Part shown: positions 47,730 to 57,670 of the stretch, one piece after another
Position numbering within the stretch: position 1 is the first letter of the stretch
How the letters are laid out: each line of letters opens with the position of its first letter
NCBI GenBank assembly: GCA_003560595.1
Contig: PWKY01000076.1
Span: forward strand, 63 to 64,062
Direction: 5' to 3'
DNA: 64,000 nt
DNA from: Thermoplasmata archaeon
Lineage (GTDB): Archaea > Thermoplasmatota > Thermoplasmata > Halarchaeoplasmatales > Halarchaeoplasmataceae
The notes under the pieces: generated by a model
Seen by the model: the letters and a program-made list of their open reading frames with translations, nothing else
Told to the model about the DNA's origin: nothing
The model's database searches: none
Made by a program: the position numbers and the translations under genes

Positions 47730-49098
47730 CTACAGTGGCCGTACATCTCAAATTTGGTCCGCCTCCATCTACTTTAGCTCTCTGGAACTTACCACAGTAA
47801 CCGGCTCCCATCTTGAATTCGAAATTATCGGCAACTGCGTCTATACTTTTAAGCACTTCAAATCCCGAACCCGATATGGAAGCACCGCGTAAAAGTTCTG
47901 TTAGCTCACCATCCTTGATCCGCCAGGCCTTTTGCACACCGAACATGAATTCACCATTGGCATCTGCCTGTCCTCCTTTGGCTCCTTCTAGGTAAAAGCC
48001 CTCTTTAGTCTCCTCTATCAATTCATCAACACCGTGATCACCAGGTTCGATAAAGGTGTTGGTCATACGGATTATTGGGGGATCGGAGTACTCATATGCC
48101 CGGGCATTTCCCCTCGGTTTACCTCCCAAAACAGATGCTATCTCCATGTTATACAGATACTCGTTAAGAACACCTTCTTTGATTATCTCGGTCCTTGTTG
48201 ATAATATACCCTCATCATCCACCGGAGTCCATCCTGCAGCGTGTGGAGTGGCTGTTCCATGATCCACCATAGTTACAAGTTCACTAGCCACCTTTTCGTT
48301 GATTTTACCCTGAGCTATGGAACCGGACTGTACAAAATCGGCCTCAACCGTATGCCCGATCGCCTCATGAGATATCAAACCAACCAGTTCGGGATTGAGT
48401 ACAACAGTAGCTATGTCGCCTTTTGGGTGCTTTGCTTTTAAGAGTTGTTGAGCAGTTTTAACCGCTTTCTGTGCGATATCCTCGGCTGGATCTATTGCGA
48501 AAAGGTCCTTCCATCCACCGGTTATCCCTCTGCTTTCAGAACCCGCCACCTTTTCCCCGTTTGAATCTGCATAAGCGATAGTGTGGAATTCCACCTTCTC
48601 ATCATGTAACGATACCTCGGTACCAAAACTGTTAACGATCAGCTTATCATCTTGGATCTCGTTCCACAGGCATTTGGCTGAATTTATATCTGAGCAAGCC
48701 CTCATATCCTTATCCAATCTTGTTAAAAGGTTCACCTTGTCTTCGATACTGTGATTGGTGACGCTGTCGTTAACCCTAGCTTTAAAGGTTCCATCCACCG
48801 GGGTCATCTCCCCAAAACCTTCAACTCTTTCTTTTTTTCCTTTGGCTGAAAATCGAGCGGCGCATTCGGCACTTTTCATGGTTTTTAGTATATCTTCTTC
48901 CCGGGTCCGACTTGTACTGCTAAAACCCCATGCACCGTCCACTAATACACGTATTCCCACACCGCCATAGGTGGATGAATGTACTTCCTCGGTATCACCC
49001 TTAACCACTTCTATTCTCTTCTGGTCACGAGTGTGATACCTCAACTCGATGTAGTCACCATCGCTTTTTTCAACCAAGCGCAGGAGGATATCTTTCAT
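47710..49098 (-). CDS. tldD: TldD-family metalloprotease (HExxxH present)
   Basis: SHEAIGHTVEADF (HExxxH...E). 462 aa. Confidence 0.8.
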   Translation of the reverse strand: MKDILLRLVEKSDGDYIELRYHTRDQKRIEVVKGDTEEVHSSTYGGVGIRVLVDGAWGFSSTSRTREEDILKTMKSAECAARFSAKGKKERVEGFGEMTPVDGTFKARVNDSVTNHSIEDKVNLLTRLDKDMRACSDINSAKCLWNEIQDDKLIVNSFGTEVSLHDEKVEFHTIAYADSNGEKVAGSESRGITGGWKDLFAIDPAEDIAQKAVKTAQQLLKAKHPKGDIATVVLNPELVGLISHEAIGHTVEADFVQSGSIAQGKINEKVASELVTMVDHGTATPHAAGWTPVDDEGILSTRTEIIKEGVLNEYLYNMEIASVLGGKPRGNARAYEYSDPPIIRMTNTFIEPGDHGVDELIEETKEGFYLEGAKGGQADANGEFMFGVQKAWRIKDGELTELLRGASISGSGFEVLKSIDAVADNFEFKMGAGYCGKFQRAKVDGGGPNLRCTATVGGKQEG

Positions 49099-49099
49099 C

Positions 49100-50434
49100 T
49101 TACTTACCCGAGATGGTCACATCATTCAATTTGATCGAAGGTACTTCCATCTTTAGGACCGCTGAGCCAATGGCGTAGAATATTTTTTTGTGATCGTCTG
49201 CTAATTCCATAGAATGTAATGATTCCGGAAGATTGCCAGAGACCATCAATCCATCGAGTCTTCCTTTCTTTTCTCCATCTTCAACCAGCCATGCAGGATT
49301 TGCAACCACACTGAAATCTCCACTTGCAGGGTTTGATGTGTGGGCACCCATGACACCATCGACTAGTATGACCCGGCCTTCCATGAGATTGTTTATCTGT
49401 AGATCCTCTCCTCTGATGATGATATTCCTATCACCTATCTGTGGTGGAGATTTGAAGGAGCCTCGTACACCGTTACCGGTGCTTTCAGTATCACTGTTGA
49501 CCGCTTCCTTGAGGTCGTATATGAAATTTGTTAACTTACCTTGGGACACAAAGGAAGTAGAAGAACTTACCACCCCTTCATCATCGAAGGGGAAACTTCC
49601 CATCCCCCAATCAGCAGTTGGGTCGTCCAATATACTCAGGTATTCCGCACCCACTTTATCATCCATACTACCCTGGTAAACAGACTTTCCTTTCCTAACG
49701 TTTTCACCGTTGAACGAAGGTATCAATCCGAAATACAACAACAAACCGATAGATTCGGGGCTCATCACCACGGGTATATTATCGGAAGGTATCGTTTCTT
49801 TATCCCTCATGGAAACGACTTTATCGCCGGCTTTAAGGCCGATTTCCTCAAAATTTACATCGTATTTCCTAGAACTGCCGGCCTCACCTGCCATGAGAGA
49901 AGTTTTATCGCCGGGTATGGTAGCGGCTATCGATCCGTCTATGATGGTGGCATCTTGAACCATGAATACACCCTTAGTGTTACCCACGACTTTTGTACCA
50001 TACCCCAGAGACATCTCTCCTCGGGTCGGGATTATATCGTTATCAACAGAATAAGCTGCATCTATCATCTTCTGAGCTAGATCAGCACCTATTCCTTCTT
50101 CTAACGCATCCTGGACTTTTGGATCGAAGGTCTTGACTGTTACAGCATCCCTTTCACCTGGAAGCGATATACCTATCTTTTTCGAGAGTTTTGACAGTTC
50201 CAGGGCTTTTTTGACCCCTCTCTCCTCCTTCCCGGGTACACAATAGCCAAAGCCGATCCTGCCGTCTTTCAAAACTCGTATACCCAACCCCATATCTTCG
50301 TACTCGGTGCTGTCGGATATCTCTCCGTTCATGATACTGTAAGAAACATTTCTAGATCTGATCCCAAAAACATCTCCTTCCAAACCTTGTTTATTAAGGT
50401 ATTCCAGTGCGACTTTAACGCTTTCTTCGATCAT
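49100..50434 (-). CDS. TldE/PmbA-family protein, second copy
   Basis: 444 aa, TldD/PmbA fold, no HExxxH. Overlaps the upstream TldD-like gene by 4 nt. Confidence 0.7.
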   Translation of the reverse strand: MIEESVKVALEYLNKQGLEGDVFGIRSRNVSYSIMNGEISDSTEYEDMGLGIRVLKDGRIGFGYCVPGKEERGVKKALELSKLSKKIGISLPGERDAVTVKTFDPKVQDALEEGIGADLAQKMIDAAYSVDNDIIPTRGEMSLGYGTKVVGNTKGVFMVQDATIIDGSIAATIPGDKTSLMAGEAGSSRKYDVNFEEIGLKAGDKVVSMRDKETIPSDNIPVVMSPESIGLLLYFGLIPSFNGENVRKGKSVYQGSMDDKVGAEYLSILDDPTADWGMGSFPFDDEGVVSSSTSFVSQGKLTNFIYDLKEAVNSDTESTGNGVRGSFKSPPQIGDRNIIIRGEDLQINNLMEGRVILVDGVMGAHTSNPASGDFSVVANPAWLVEDGEKKGRLDGLMVSGNLPESLHSMELADDHKKIFYAIGSAVLKMEVPSIKLNDVTISGK

Positions 50435-51786
50435 TCTCTACCACCAACCGTAACCTCAGAGATCAGTACATCCGCCCCTCCGTCGGTAACCGAAGCACTT
50501 TGGCCTTTGCCACAGTGCCCGATACCCGTGTCGGTATTATCCGATATACCTACTATGTTCTGAAGTGTTTCCAATGTAAATCCATTAAAACTGACGTTTC
50601 TTAAGGGTTTAACTATCTCACCGTTCTCGATCAGATAAGCCACCTGGGCATTGAACTGGAAGGTACCCTGGGCGGGACTGACTTGACCGCCGCTGGTGGA
50701 TTTGGCATAAATACCTTTATCGATATCCTCGATGAGCTCTTCAAAACTCATTTCACCTGGCTCCATTATCGTATTGCTCATCCTTACCAAAGGCTTAACC
50801 CTGAAGTCCTCGGCCCTTGCGCCTCCGTTGGGCTCCATACCTAACTTCCAAGCGTTCTCTCGATCAAGTATAAAGTCGTTGAGTAATCCATCTTTGACAA
50901 GGACTCTATTTCTGGACCTTGTACCTTCATCGTCGAATGGAAAGCTACCGTATCCGTTCATGGTAGGATCGTCCTTTATGGTCACTATATCTGAAGCCAC
51001 CTGTTCACCTAACTTTCCCTTCAAACAGCTGTTACCACTCGCAACCAGATCCCCTTCCGCCGCATGACCGAAGTCTTCGTGAGAGAAAACACCTGTAAGA
51101 TGTGGATCCATGACCACGGGCATCTTTCCAGAAGGTGGTGTTTTGGCCTCTAACAAAGATTTTAACATCTCGAGAACGATCTCAACATCGTCGTATGCAT
51201 CTTTAGTGAGTTCGAAACCACCGGTGCCTCCTGTAGCTTGGGTGGCCATCTGAACCGTATCACTTTTGCCGGTGATTATCATATAAGTAACCAGTCTAGG
51301 TATCTCCATCTCTATGTATGCACCCTCGCTGGTGATTATCTCCTTTTTTACCAATAGGTCCCTGTACCTTAGATCTGTGGAGTTGACGAAGTCTTTCTTT
51401 AACCAGTCCTCGACATCTGTTAAGAACTCAAGTTTCTCCTCCGGACTTACGTCCATGAAGTTATCCTTCATGGGCATCTTCACTTTTTCTTGCTTTATAT
51501 CGATGTCCGCTAGGCCGGTTTCCTGTTTCCTTAGCTTATGACTGCTCTTAGCCATCTGAAAGGCCCTATCTATCGTTCTATCTAGTATATCCAGATCCGC
51601 AGTACCTACGTATCCCCATCCGTTACCGTAGAGAACCCTCACCATAGCACCTTCCTCCTCCCCCTGAACCACCGTTTCGGGAACTCCGTCTTTTAGATAT
51701 AAAATAGTCCTGTACCACTTCTCTTTCCTTATGTCACAGTACTCAGCGCCCTTATCAACGACGCTTTCTAGCAGCTCTTTAACCAT
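50431..51786 (-). CDS. TldD-family metalloprotease, second copy (HEDFGHAAEGD)
   Basis: 451 aa, SHEDFGHAAEGD motif. Confidence 0.75.
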   Translation of the reverse strand: MVKELLESVVDKGAEYCDIRKEKWYRTILYLKDGVPETVVQGEEEGAMVRVLYGNGWGYVGTADLDILDRTIDRAFQMAKSSHKLRKQETGLADIDIKQEKVKMPMKDNFMDVSPEEKLEFLTDVEDWLKKDFVNSTDLRYRDLLVKKEIITSEGAYIEMEIPRLVTYMIITGKSDTVQMATQATGGTGGFELTKDAYDDVEIVLEMLKSLLEAKTPPSGKMPVVMDPHLTGVFSHEDFGHAAEGDLVASGNSCLKGKLGEQVASDIVTIKDDPTMNGYGSFPFDDEGTRSRNRVLVKDGLLNDFILDRENAWKLGMEPNGGARAEDFRVKPLVRMSNTIMEPGEMSFEELIEDIDKGIYAKSTSGGQVSPAQGTFQFNAQVAYLIENGEIVKPLRNVSFNGFTLETLQNIVGISDNTDTGIGHCGKGQSASVTDGGADVLISEVTVGGRE

Positions 51787-51838
51787 CGACTCAGTTATAA
51801 TTTAAAAGGATAAAAGACTTTTGACACAAGCAACGAAT

Positions 51839-53005
51839 TCAACGCATCTGTAGGGATGATACCGCCTTCACTACGTCAACGGTCTCTCTTACATCATGAA
51901 CCCTCAATATAGATATGCTCTTTTGTACCGCCACGGCGGCTATACCCAAAGAACCGTAGAGTCTACCTTCAGCTTCCTTTCCCAATATATCACCCAAAAA
52001 ACTCTTTCTAGATGCACCCAACAAAACGGGATAACCCATGGAGTTGAACTCTTCCAAACGAGAGATTATCTCGAGATTGTGTTGAAGTTTTTTACCGAAA
52101 CCTATGCCTGGATCGATGATTATATTGTCCGGCGAAACCCCTGCATCCTCAGCAAGTATCGCCTGTTTATTCAAAAAGCTGTATATCTCACCCATTACAT
52201 CTTCGTACTTTGGATCTTTCTGCATGGTTTCCGGAGTACCCCGCATGTGCATTATCACAACGGGAACGTCCAATACACCGGCGGTCTCCAGCATACCTTC
52301 CGTCCGTAAACCGAATACATCGTTTATCATGGAAGCTCCGGCTTCAACGGCTTTTTCGGCAACTGTAGGTTTGTGGGTGTCCACACTTATGCACACATCC
52401 GTTTTCTCCGAGATAGCTTGGATAACAGGCACGACCCGATCTATCTCTTCCTGTAGGGACGACCTCTCGCTACCTGGTCTGGTACTCTCTCCCCCCACAT
52501 CGATAATATCGGCTCCTTGTTCAACCATCGCTAAGGCCCTCTGGACTGCGAGATCCTTCTCCGAGTATCGACCTCCGTCGTAGAAGCTGTCGGGAGTTAC
52601 ATTTAGGATACCCATTATCCTAGTATCTTCACCTGGAATCGGAGGTTCTTTGGGTTCATCAAAACACTCTAGTGCCTTTCTAACTTCTTTTGAAAGAGAA
52701 GGTAAAGCAAAGGGCTGCTCCTCTAGTTTTCTCAAAACCCTATTGTAGTGAGATATCGTACCCATCATGATAACTTCGCTCGTATCTTCGGTCAAAGAAA
52801 GAGCGGACCACGAAACCGCGGCTTCGCCACCGGCAGCCAAAAATTCCTGCTTTAATATGTTAGCGCCCCGTGGGTCTAATCCTGTGGCTCGAACCAAGCG
52901 ATACCTTCCTTTGGGGGACATTATCTCCACGCCCCGAGGATCACAGCCCATCCTGTCCAGTTCGTTTTCGATATCTTTTAGCGAGAGCACCCTAGCTTCG
53001 AACAT
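51839..53005 (-). CDS. folP: Dihydropteroate synthase-like pterin-binding protein with an extra 110-aa N-terminal domain
   Basis: ILNVTPDSFYDGG, DIIDVGGESTRPG, GASMINDV and other DHPS motifs in the C-terminal 270 aa. The N-terminal domain is uncharacterised. Confidence 0.8.
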   Translation of the reverse strand: MFEARVLSLKDIENELDRMGCDPRGVEIMSPKGRYRLVRATGLDPRGANILKQEFLAAGGEAAVSWSALSLTEDTSEVIMMGTISHYNRVLRKLEEQPFALPSLSKEVRKALECFDEPKEPPIPGEDTRIMGILNVTPDSFYDGGRYSEKDLAVQRALAMVEQGADIIDVGGESTRPGSERSSLQEEIDRVVPVIQAISEKTDVCISVDTHKPTVAEKAVEAGASMINDVFGLRTEGMLETAGVLDVPVVIMHMRGTPETMQKDPKYEDVMGEIYSFLNKQAILAEDAGVSPDNIIIDPGIGFGKKLQHNLEIISRLEEFNSMGYPVLLGASRKSFLGDILGKEAEGRLYGSLGIAAVAVQKSISILRVHDVRETVDVVKAVSSLQMR

Positions 53006-53038
53006 GATGAGGGATAATAGTGGCGGGGGATAAAAAGA

Positions 53039-53581
53039 TTAGTCTTCAAAAATCGCTCCGCAGCCGGGGCAAGTATCCGAATCCTCAAAAACTTCAGCCC
53101 CGCAAAGGGGGCACACGAATTTTATTTCGACTTCATAGTCATCCTGTGGCTCATCGATAAGAGAGGCGAATTTTCTTATGTTGCTTATTATCGATTCTTT
53201 ATCAGTATCTTTTAGCTCGAAGGTCGTATCGTCGACATTCATAAGCATCTCTTCAAGGATAAGCTGATTGACCGCCTCCTGTATGTTTTCACCACACTCG
53301 GGACATTCCTTTTCTTTGATAGACGTAGCAAAACCGCATTCAGGACAATCAACAGTCTTTCCATGTTCCAACTCATGTGTAACTTCTTTACCATCTTCAG
53401 AAACCACTGATGCATATGCGATCCTATTGCTTTCTTTTACGGGTTCATCCTTATTTTGAGAGGTTATACCCTTTAATTCTGCATCACATCCACGGCATCT
53501 TTCATCCGAAGATGATATGGAAGAGCCGCATCTAGGGCAATCTTCGGGTCCCTTGTTTTTAGTTTCATCATCTGAATTCAT
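53039..53581 (-). CDS. Acidic protein with three zinc-ribbon modules
   Basis: CPRC...CRGC; CPEC...CPEC; CPLC...CPGC in 180 aa. Confidence 0.5.
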   Translation of the reverse strand: MNSDDETKNKGPEDCPRCGSSISSSDERCRGCDAELKGITSQNKDEPVKESNRIAYASVVSEDGKEVTHELEHGKTVDCPECGFATSIKEKECPECGENIQEAVNQLILEEMLMNVDDTTFELKDTDKESIISNIRKFASLIDEPQDDYEVEIKFVCPLCGAEVFEDSDTCPGCGAIFED

Positions 53582-53623
53582 GAGACTTCGTAACTATTCC
53601 CAACAGAAGGGTTGATTAAAAAT

Positions 53624-54604
53624 TTACCCCTTGAAGATAGGGCGCTGCACACCCTCTTTAGAAACGTAAACCATCTCTTCATCTTTTTCGTCCAGTCCTT
53701 CTTTTGCCTGTATAAAGCCGCGCATCCGTACATTGAAAAGATCGATATGATGCAGAGCCACCGCCTCTTCCATCCTAGGACTCCTTGCACTTCCCCACTC
53801 ATAGTCTCCATGATGAGAAAGTATGATGTGAGAAAGTTTAAGCATCTGTTCTTCAGACAATCCTTCAATTTTTAAAGCACGTTCTCTTACTATCCTCTCG
53901 CACAGAACTGTATGACCTATCAGTCTGGCCTCGGTGGTTAGCTCTATCGAGGTGAAATGATCGTACTCAAAAACCTTACCAAAGTCGTGGATGATAGCTG
54001 CGGTCAAGAGCAGGTCCTTATCAAGTTCAGGATATATCTTCACAGTACTCAAAGCCATCTTGACATCGTCTAAAGTATGTTCCAATAATCCACCAAGGTA
54101 ATTATTACTGTAACTTTTGCTGTAAGGGCTCTTTTTGAAGGAAGTGACGAATTCTTCGTCTTCAAGGAAGGATTTTACAAGAGAACAGAGTGCATGATCC
54201 TCTATTTCGTTAGCATGCTCCATCAACTCATTGAACATCTCGTCCACGTTACCTTTAGTGGTGGGTATATATTCAGCGGGATCTACGGAAGAAATATCCG
54301 CCCGACGAAGTTTATGGAATTCATCCGGGCTAACGGATAACTGAAGATCTCCCCTATAAGTTGTCACCGTTCCATCGATCTCCAGCACATCTCCGATGTC
54401 GATACGTGAATAAAAATCTTCGACAATATCTTTATCAGTTCCTCCCCAATACACCATAGGTATGTCTCCGGTACGGTCCCCCACCTTCAATCTAAAAAAC
54501 CAGCCACGAGTATACTCCTTAGGAGGCATTTTGTTCCTAACTGCAAACCTATCTTTTATGTTCTGACCTTCTGACAAATCCTCTACATACGTTTTCTTTT
54601 CCAA
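53624..54604 (-). CDS. OB-fold plus HD-domain phosphohydrolase (YhaM-like putative 3'-5' nuclease)
   Basis: N-terminal OB-like region. HD motif (AAIIHDFGK), then downstream His and Asp residues (HHGDYEW). Confidence 0.6.
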   Translation of the reverse strand: MEKKTYVEDLSEGQNIKDRFAVRNKMPPKEYTRGWFFRLKVGDRTGDIPMVYWGGTDKDIVEDFYSRIDIGDVLEIDGTVTTYRGDLQLSVSPDEFHKLRRADISSVDPAEYIPTTKGNVDEMFNELMEHANEIEDHALCSLVKSFLEDEEFVTSFKKSPYSKSYSNNYLGGLLEHTLDDVKMALSTVKIYPELDKDLLLTAAIIHDFGKVFEYDHFTSIELTTEARLIGHTVLCERIVRERALKIEGLSEEQMLKLSHIILSHHGDYEWGSARSPRMEEAVALHHIDLFNVRMRGFIQAKEGLDEKDEEMVYVSKEGVQRPIFKG

Positions 54605-54655
54605 ACTACCACGACTCGGCTTAATTCCAAAGAGATATATAAGTTTGACCGGTGT

Positions 54656-55609
54656 TTAGACTTCCACTTCTAAGCCTAGTTCTTCCACCAATTCCTTGTA
54701 CCTATTCCTCACGGTTACCTCTGTTACTGCGGCGACGTCAGCAACCTCTCGTTGTGTGCGCCTCTGATTCTCTTGTATAGATGAAATGTATATGGAAGCG
54801 GCGGCTAGGCCTGTAGGACCCTTGCCCGATATGAGTTCCTTCTTTTCAGCCATTTTTATGATCTCATCAGCCTTCCTTTGAACCTTACCAGATAGACCAA
54901 GCTCACTGCAGAAACGGCCCAGATATTCTTCTGGACGTGTTGGTTTTAGCTTCAAAACCAACTCACGACTTAAGAATCGATATGTTCTACCTATCTCCTT
55001 CCTATCTGATGAAGTGGCCTCGGCTATTTCATCAAGGGTACGTGGTACGTTAGCCTTCCTGCATGCGGCATAAAGTGATGCGGCGACTACACTGTTTATA
55101 CTCCTTCCTCGGATCAGATTCTTTTTAACGGCGTTCCTGTAGATGACGGCGGCACTCTCACGTATGTTCTTGGGAAGTCCCATGGTTGAAGCCATCCTAT
55201 CCAGCTCTGTTAGTGCATAAGCTAGATTTCTTTCTGTTGCGTCAGATACCCTGATCCTCCTCTGCCACTTCCTTAAACGATATATCTGTGCCTTCTTTTT
55301 ACTGGGTATAGATCTGCCGTATGAATCTCTGTTTGATTGATCTATACCGGTGGAAAGACCTTTGTCATGTACCATCTGAGTCATAGGTGCACCTGTACGA
55401 GCCCGACTCTGTTCCTGCTGCATATCGAAAGCCCTCCATTCAGGCCCCTCGTCTACGTATTGATCATCGACTACGAGTCCGCATTCCTCGCACACTAATT
55501 CTCCCCGATCATAATCCTGGGCAAGATGCCTACTATTGCACTCAGGACATTCTTCTATTTTTTCTATTCTTTCGTGTTTGCGGCCCACAACATCTGTATC
55601 TTCATTCAT
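54656..55609 (-). CDS. tfb: Transcription initiation factor IIB
   Basis: N-terminal zinc ribbon CPEC...CEEC, B-reader/linker, two cyclin-fold repeats. Confidence 0.95.
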   Translation of the reverse strand: MNEDTDVVGRKHERIEKIEECPECNSRHLAQDYDRGELVCEECGLVVDDQYVDEGPEWRAFDMQQEQSRARTGAPMTQMVHDKGLSTGIDQSNRDSYGRSIPSKKKAQIYRLRKWQRRIRVSDATERNLAYALTELDRMASTMGLPKNIRESAAVIYRNAVKKNLIRGRSINSVVAASLYAACRKANVPRTLDEIAEATSSDRKEIGRTYRFLSRELVLKLKPTRPEEYLGRFCSELGLSGKVQRKADEIIKMAEKKELISGKGPTGLAAASIYISSIQENQRRTQREVADVAAVTEVTVRNRYKELVEELGLEVEV

Positions 55610-55844
55610 TTTTCTCTTCCTCCACGAATACCGACCGACCGATCATTGCAAGAGGACGTAGGATCTTTTGCTTGGGTGTGATCTCGATGTATGGTGAGTC
55701 AACTGGACCAAACACCCATGATACCTTGCCAATCTCTTTTCTTTTTACATCCAGAACTACAGAATGTTTAGGGATGTAAGTGGGGAAACGTGCGACAATG
55801 TCCCCTCTATTTGAGATTGTGTGGACTTTTCCTTCTATTCGCAA
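55602..55844 (-). CDS. gar1: H/ACA ribonucleoprotein subunit Gar1
   Basis: 80 aa. GKV.....G.IVA...P...[27 protein letters not shown] is the Gar1 signature. Overlaps tfb, an arrangement seen in other archaea. Confidence 0.85.
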   Translation of the reverse strand: MRIEGKVHTISNRGDIVARFPTYIPKHSVVLDVKRKEIGKVSWVFGPVDSPYIEITPKQKILRPLAMIGRSVFVEEEKNE

Positions 55845-55965
55845 GTTTTTCTAACCTCCAAATGATGGTAGCGGTTCTTCAGCTTAATCCCATAAGTGAG
55901 GTGATACTATATAAACCTTTCGAAAAACTTTATTAGATAGTCGATTTCATGTAAAATAAAGCTTT

Positions 55966-56841
55966 CTACAACATGTGCATAATTGGATTCCCTATCAAAA
56001 AGGAAAGTATGAACCCCATAAACATCAACACTATGAAGGGGATCTTCGGTGTGACCCATATCATCTCATCCGATGGTAAAGAATCATATATATTCTCACC
56101 CTCGTCCATAGGTCTCAATCTTATCTTACGCTTGCCATCTTCTAAGTATTCCATAGGCCAAACGAATGATTTTTTTGCCGAAGCAATATCTGTTTTGTAA
56201 CCGAAAAACATCTGTGGAAAACCGATGTTTCCGTTTTTTAAATTTATAAATAAATAAGCAACCGGTAAAACTAAAGCGATCAAAGATGAATTCAGTAATA
56301 TAACGAAGGCGAATGGAAAGAGCGGCTGCATGGCAGTGACTATCTGTTGATCGGCTCCATGATCGGTGATACCTTTCAGGTAGGGATAATAAGGCAACAA
56401 TATAGCCAAAGCTAGAACAGCTTTTGCATCGGCACCTCCATGTAAAACATAAAAATAATACAAAATGAAGGTGACCAGCATCATGACAGGTATAGCTACC
56501 AATGGCCATATATCTGGATCGGAAAAGGAAGTGGACATCAGATAGGCCATGGGGATGATAGGTACGAAGAACCACAGCAATATCGATGGATTCAATCCAG
56601 ACTCATCATAGATCATGGGTCTATCAACGAATGCTTCGACTAAAAAGAAAACGACAGGTATAAAAATTAAAAAGTACCTTATAGGTGCTTGATCAAGGAT
56701 CAGCTGTACCATCAATATGACGATAGCTATAAATGACATTGCTATCCACAACTCATCTGGTACCCTGCGAGTTTTAATATCTAGCAAAGCTGCGATTAAC
56801 AGAAATATGAATCCTACGATGAATCTAGCTATGGAATACAT
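55966..56841 (-). CDS. Polytopic membrane protein, probably A24-family (prepilin/preflagellin) peptidase
   Basis: Seven or eight TM segments. Asp in the first cytoplasmic loop (LLDIKTRRVPDELW), as in FlaK/PibD. Confidence 0.45.
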   Translation of the reverse strand: MYSIARFIVGFIFLLIAALLDIKTRRVPDELWIAMSFIAIVILMVQLILDQAPIRYFLIFIPVVFFLVEAFVDRPMIYDESGLNPSILLWFFVPIIPMAYLMSTSFSDPDIWPLVAIPVMMLVTFILYYFYVLHGGADAKAVLALAILLPYYPYLKGITDHGADQQIVTAMQPLFPFAFVILLNSSLIALVLPVAYLFINLKNGNIGFPQMFFGYKTDIASAKKSFVWPMEYLEDGKRKIRLRPMDEGENIYDSLPSDEMIWVTPKIPFIVLMFMGFILSFLIGNPIMHML

Positions 56842-56842
56842 A

Positions 56843-57667
56843 CTATCTTTTTATATTCAGGGATACGTCGGCTGCTTTTACCGAGTGTGTGAGGGATCCT
56901 GAGGATATAACATCTGCGTATTCAGCATAATCTTGAACATTATATTCATCGATACCTCCGGATATCTCCACGATTATCTTCTCATCTATCTCTTTGATTT
57001 TTTTATAAGCCTTTTCCACCGTTGTCGGAGACATGTTATCGAGCATTATTATGTCCGCTCCTATTTTTGATGCGGTGATGGCTCCTTCTACGTCGGTTAC
57101 CTCAACATCTATCTTTTTGGAAAAGGAAGCTTTCTTTGCCCTTTGGATGGCTTCCTTCAATCCTCCGGCCAGTGATATATGATTATCTTTTATCAGCACC
57201 ATATCATCCAGTGCCATCCTATGAGGGTCTCCACCTCCATCTTCTACTGCTTTTTTTTCAAAGTATCTGAAGCCGGGTGTGGTTTTCCGTGTGCATGCTA
57301 TAACCGTATCTCCAGCTAAGTTCTTCATCTTACGAACCTTGGTGGCGATACCGCACATCCTCATCAAGATGTTCAAGGCCGTCCGTTCTATCCCCAATAT
57401 AGTAGACGCTTTACCTTTTAACTCTAAAAGTACATCACCTTTTTTTACGATATTTCCAGAGGTGAAATTGCTTTTAACATCTACCCCATGACTTTCAAAG
57501 AAGAAAGTGATCTCAGTAACTCCACTCAGTACGAAGTCGTCCTTGGCTTCGATGAGCGCTTCAACTGTTCGATCGTCCTTTACACATAGGCGGGTTGTTA
57601 GATCTCCAAAGCCCAGGTCCTCCTCCAGATATCTGTCAAAATGCTGTTTTAAAAGCCATCCTTCCAT
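56843..57667 (-). CDS. nadC: Nicotinate-nucleotide pyrophosphorylase (quinolinate phosphoribosyltransferase)
   Basis: 274 aa with type II PRTase motifs (DLTT, RKTTPGFR, IMLDNM). Confidence 0.85.
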   Translation of the reverse strand: MEGWLLKQHFDRYLEEDLGFGDLTTRLCVKDDRTVEALIEAKDDFVLSGVTEITFFFESHGVDVKSNFTSGNIVKKGDVLLELKGKASTILGIERTALNILMRMCGIATKVRKMKNLAGDTVIACTRKTTPGFRYFEKKAVEDGGGDPHRMALDDMVLIKDNHISLAGGLKEAIQRAKKASFSKKIDVEVTDVEGAITASKIGADIIMLDNMSPTTVEKAYKKIKEIDEKIIVEISGGIDEYNVQDYAEYADVISSGSLTHSVKAADVSLNIKR

Positions 57668-57670
57668 AGA

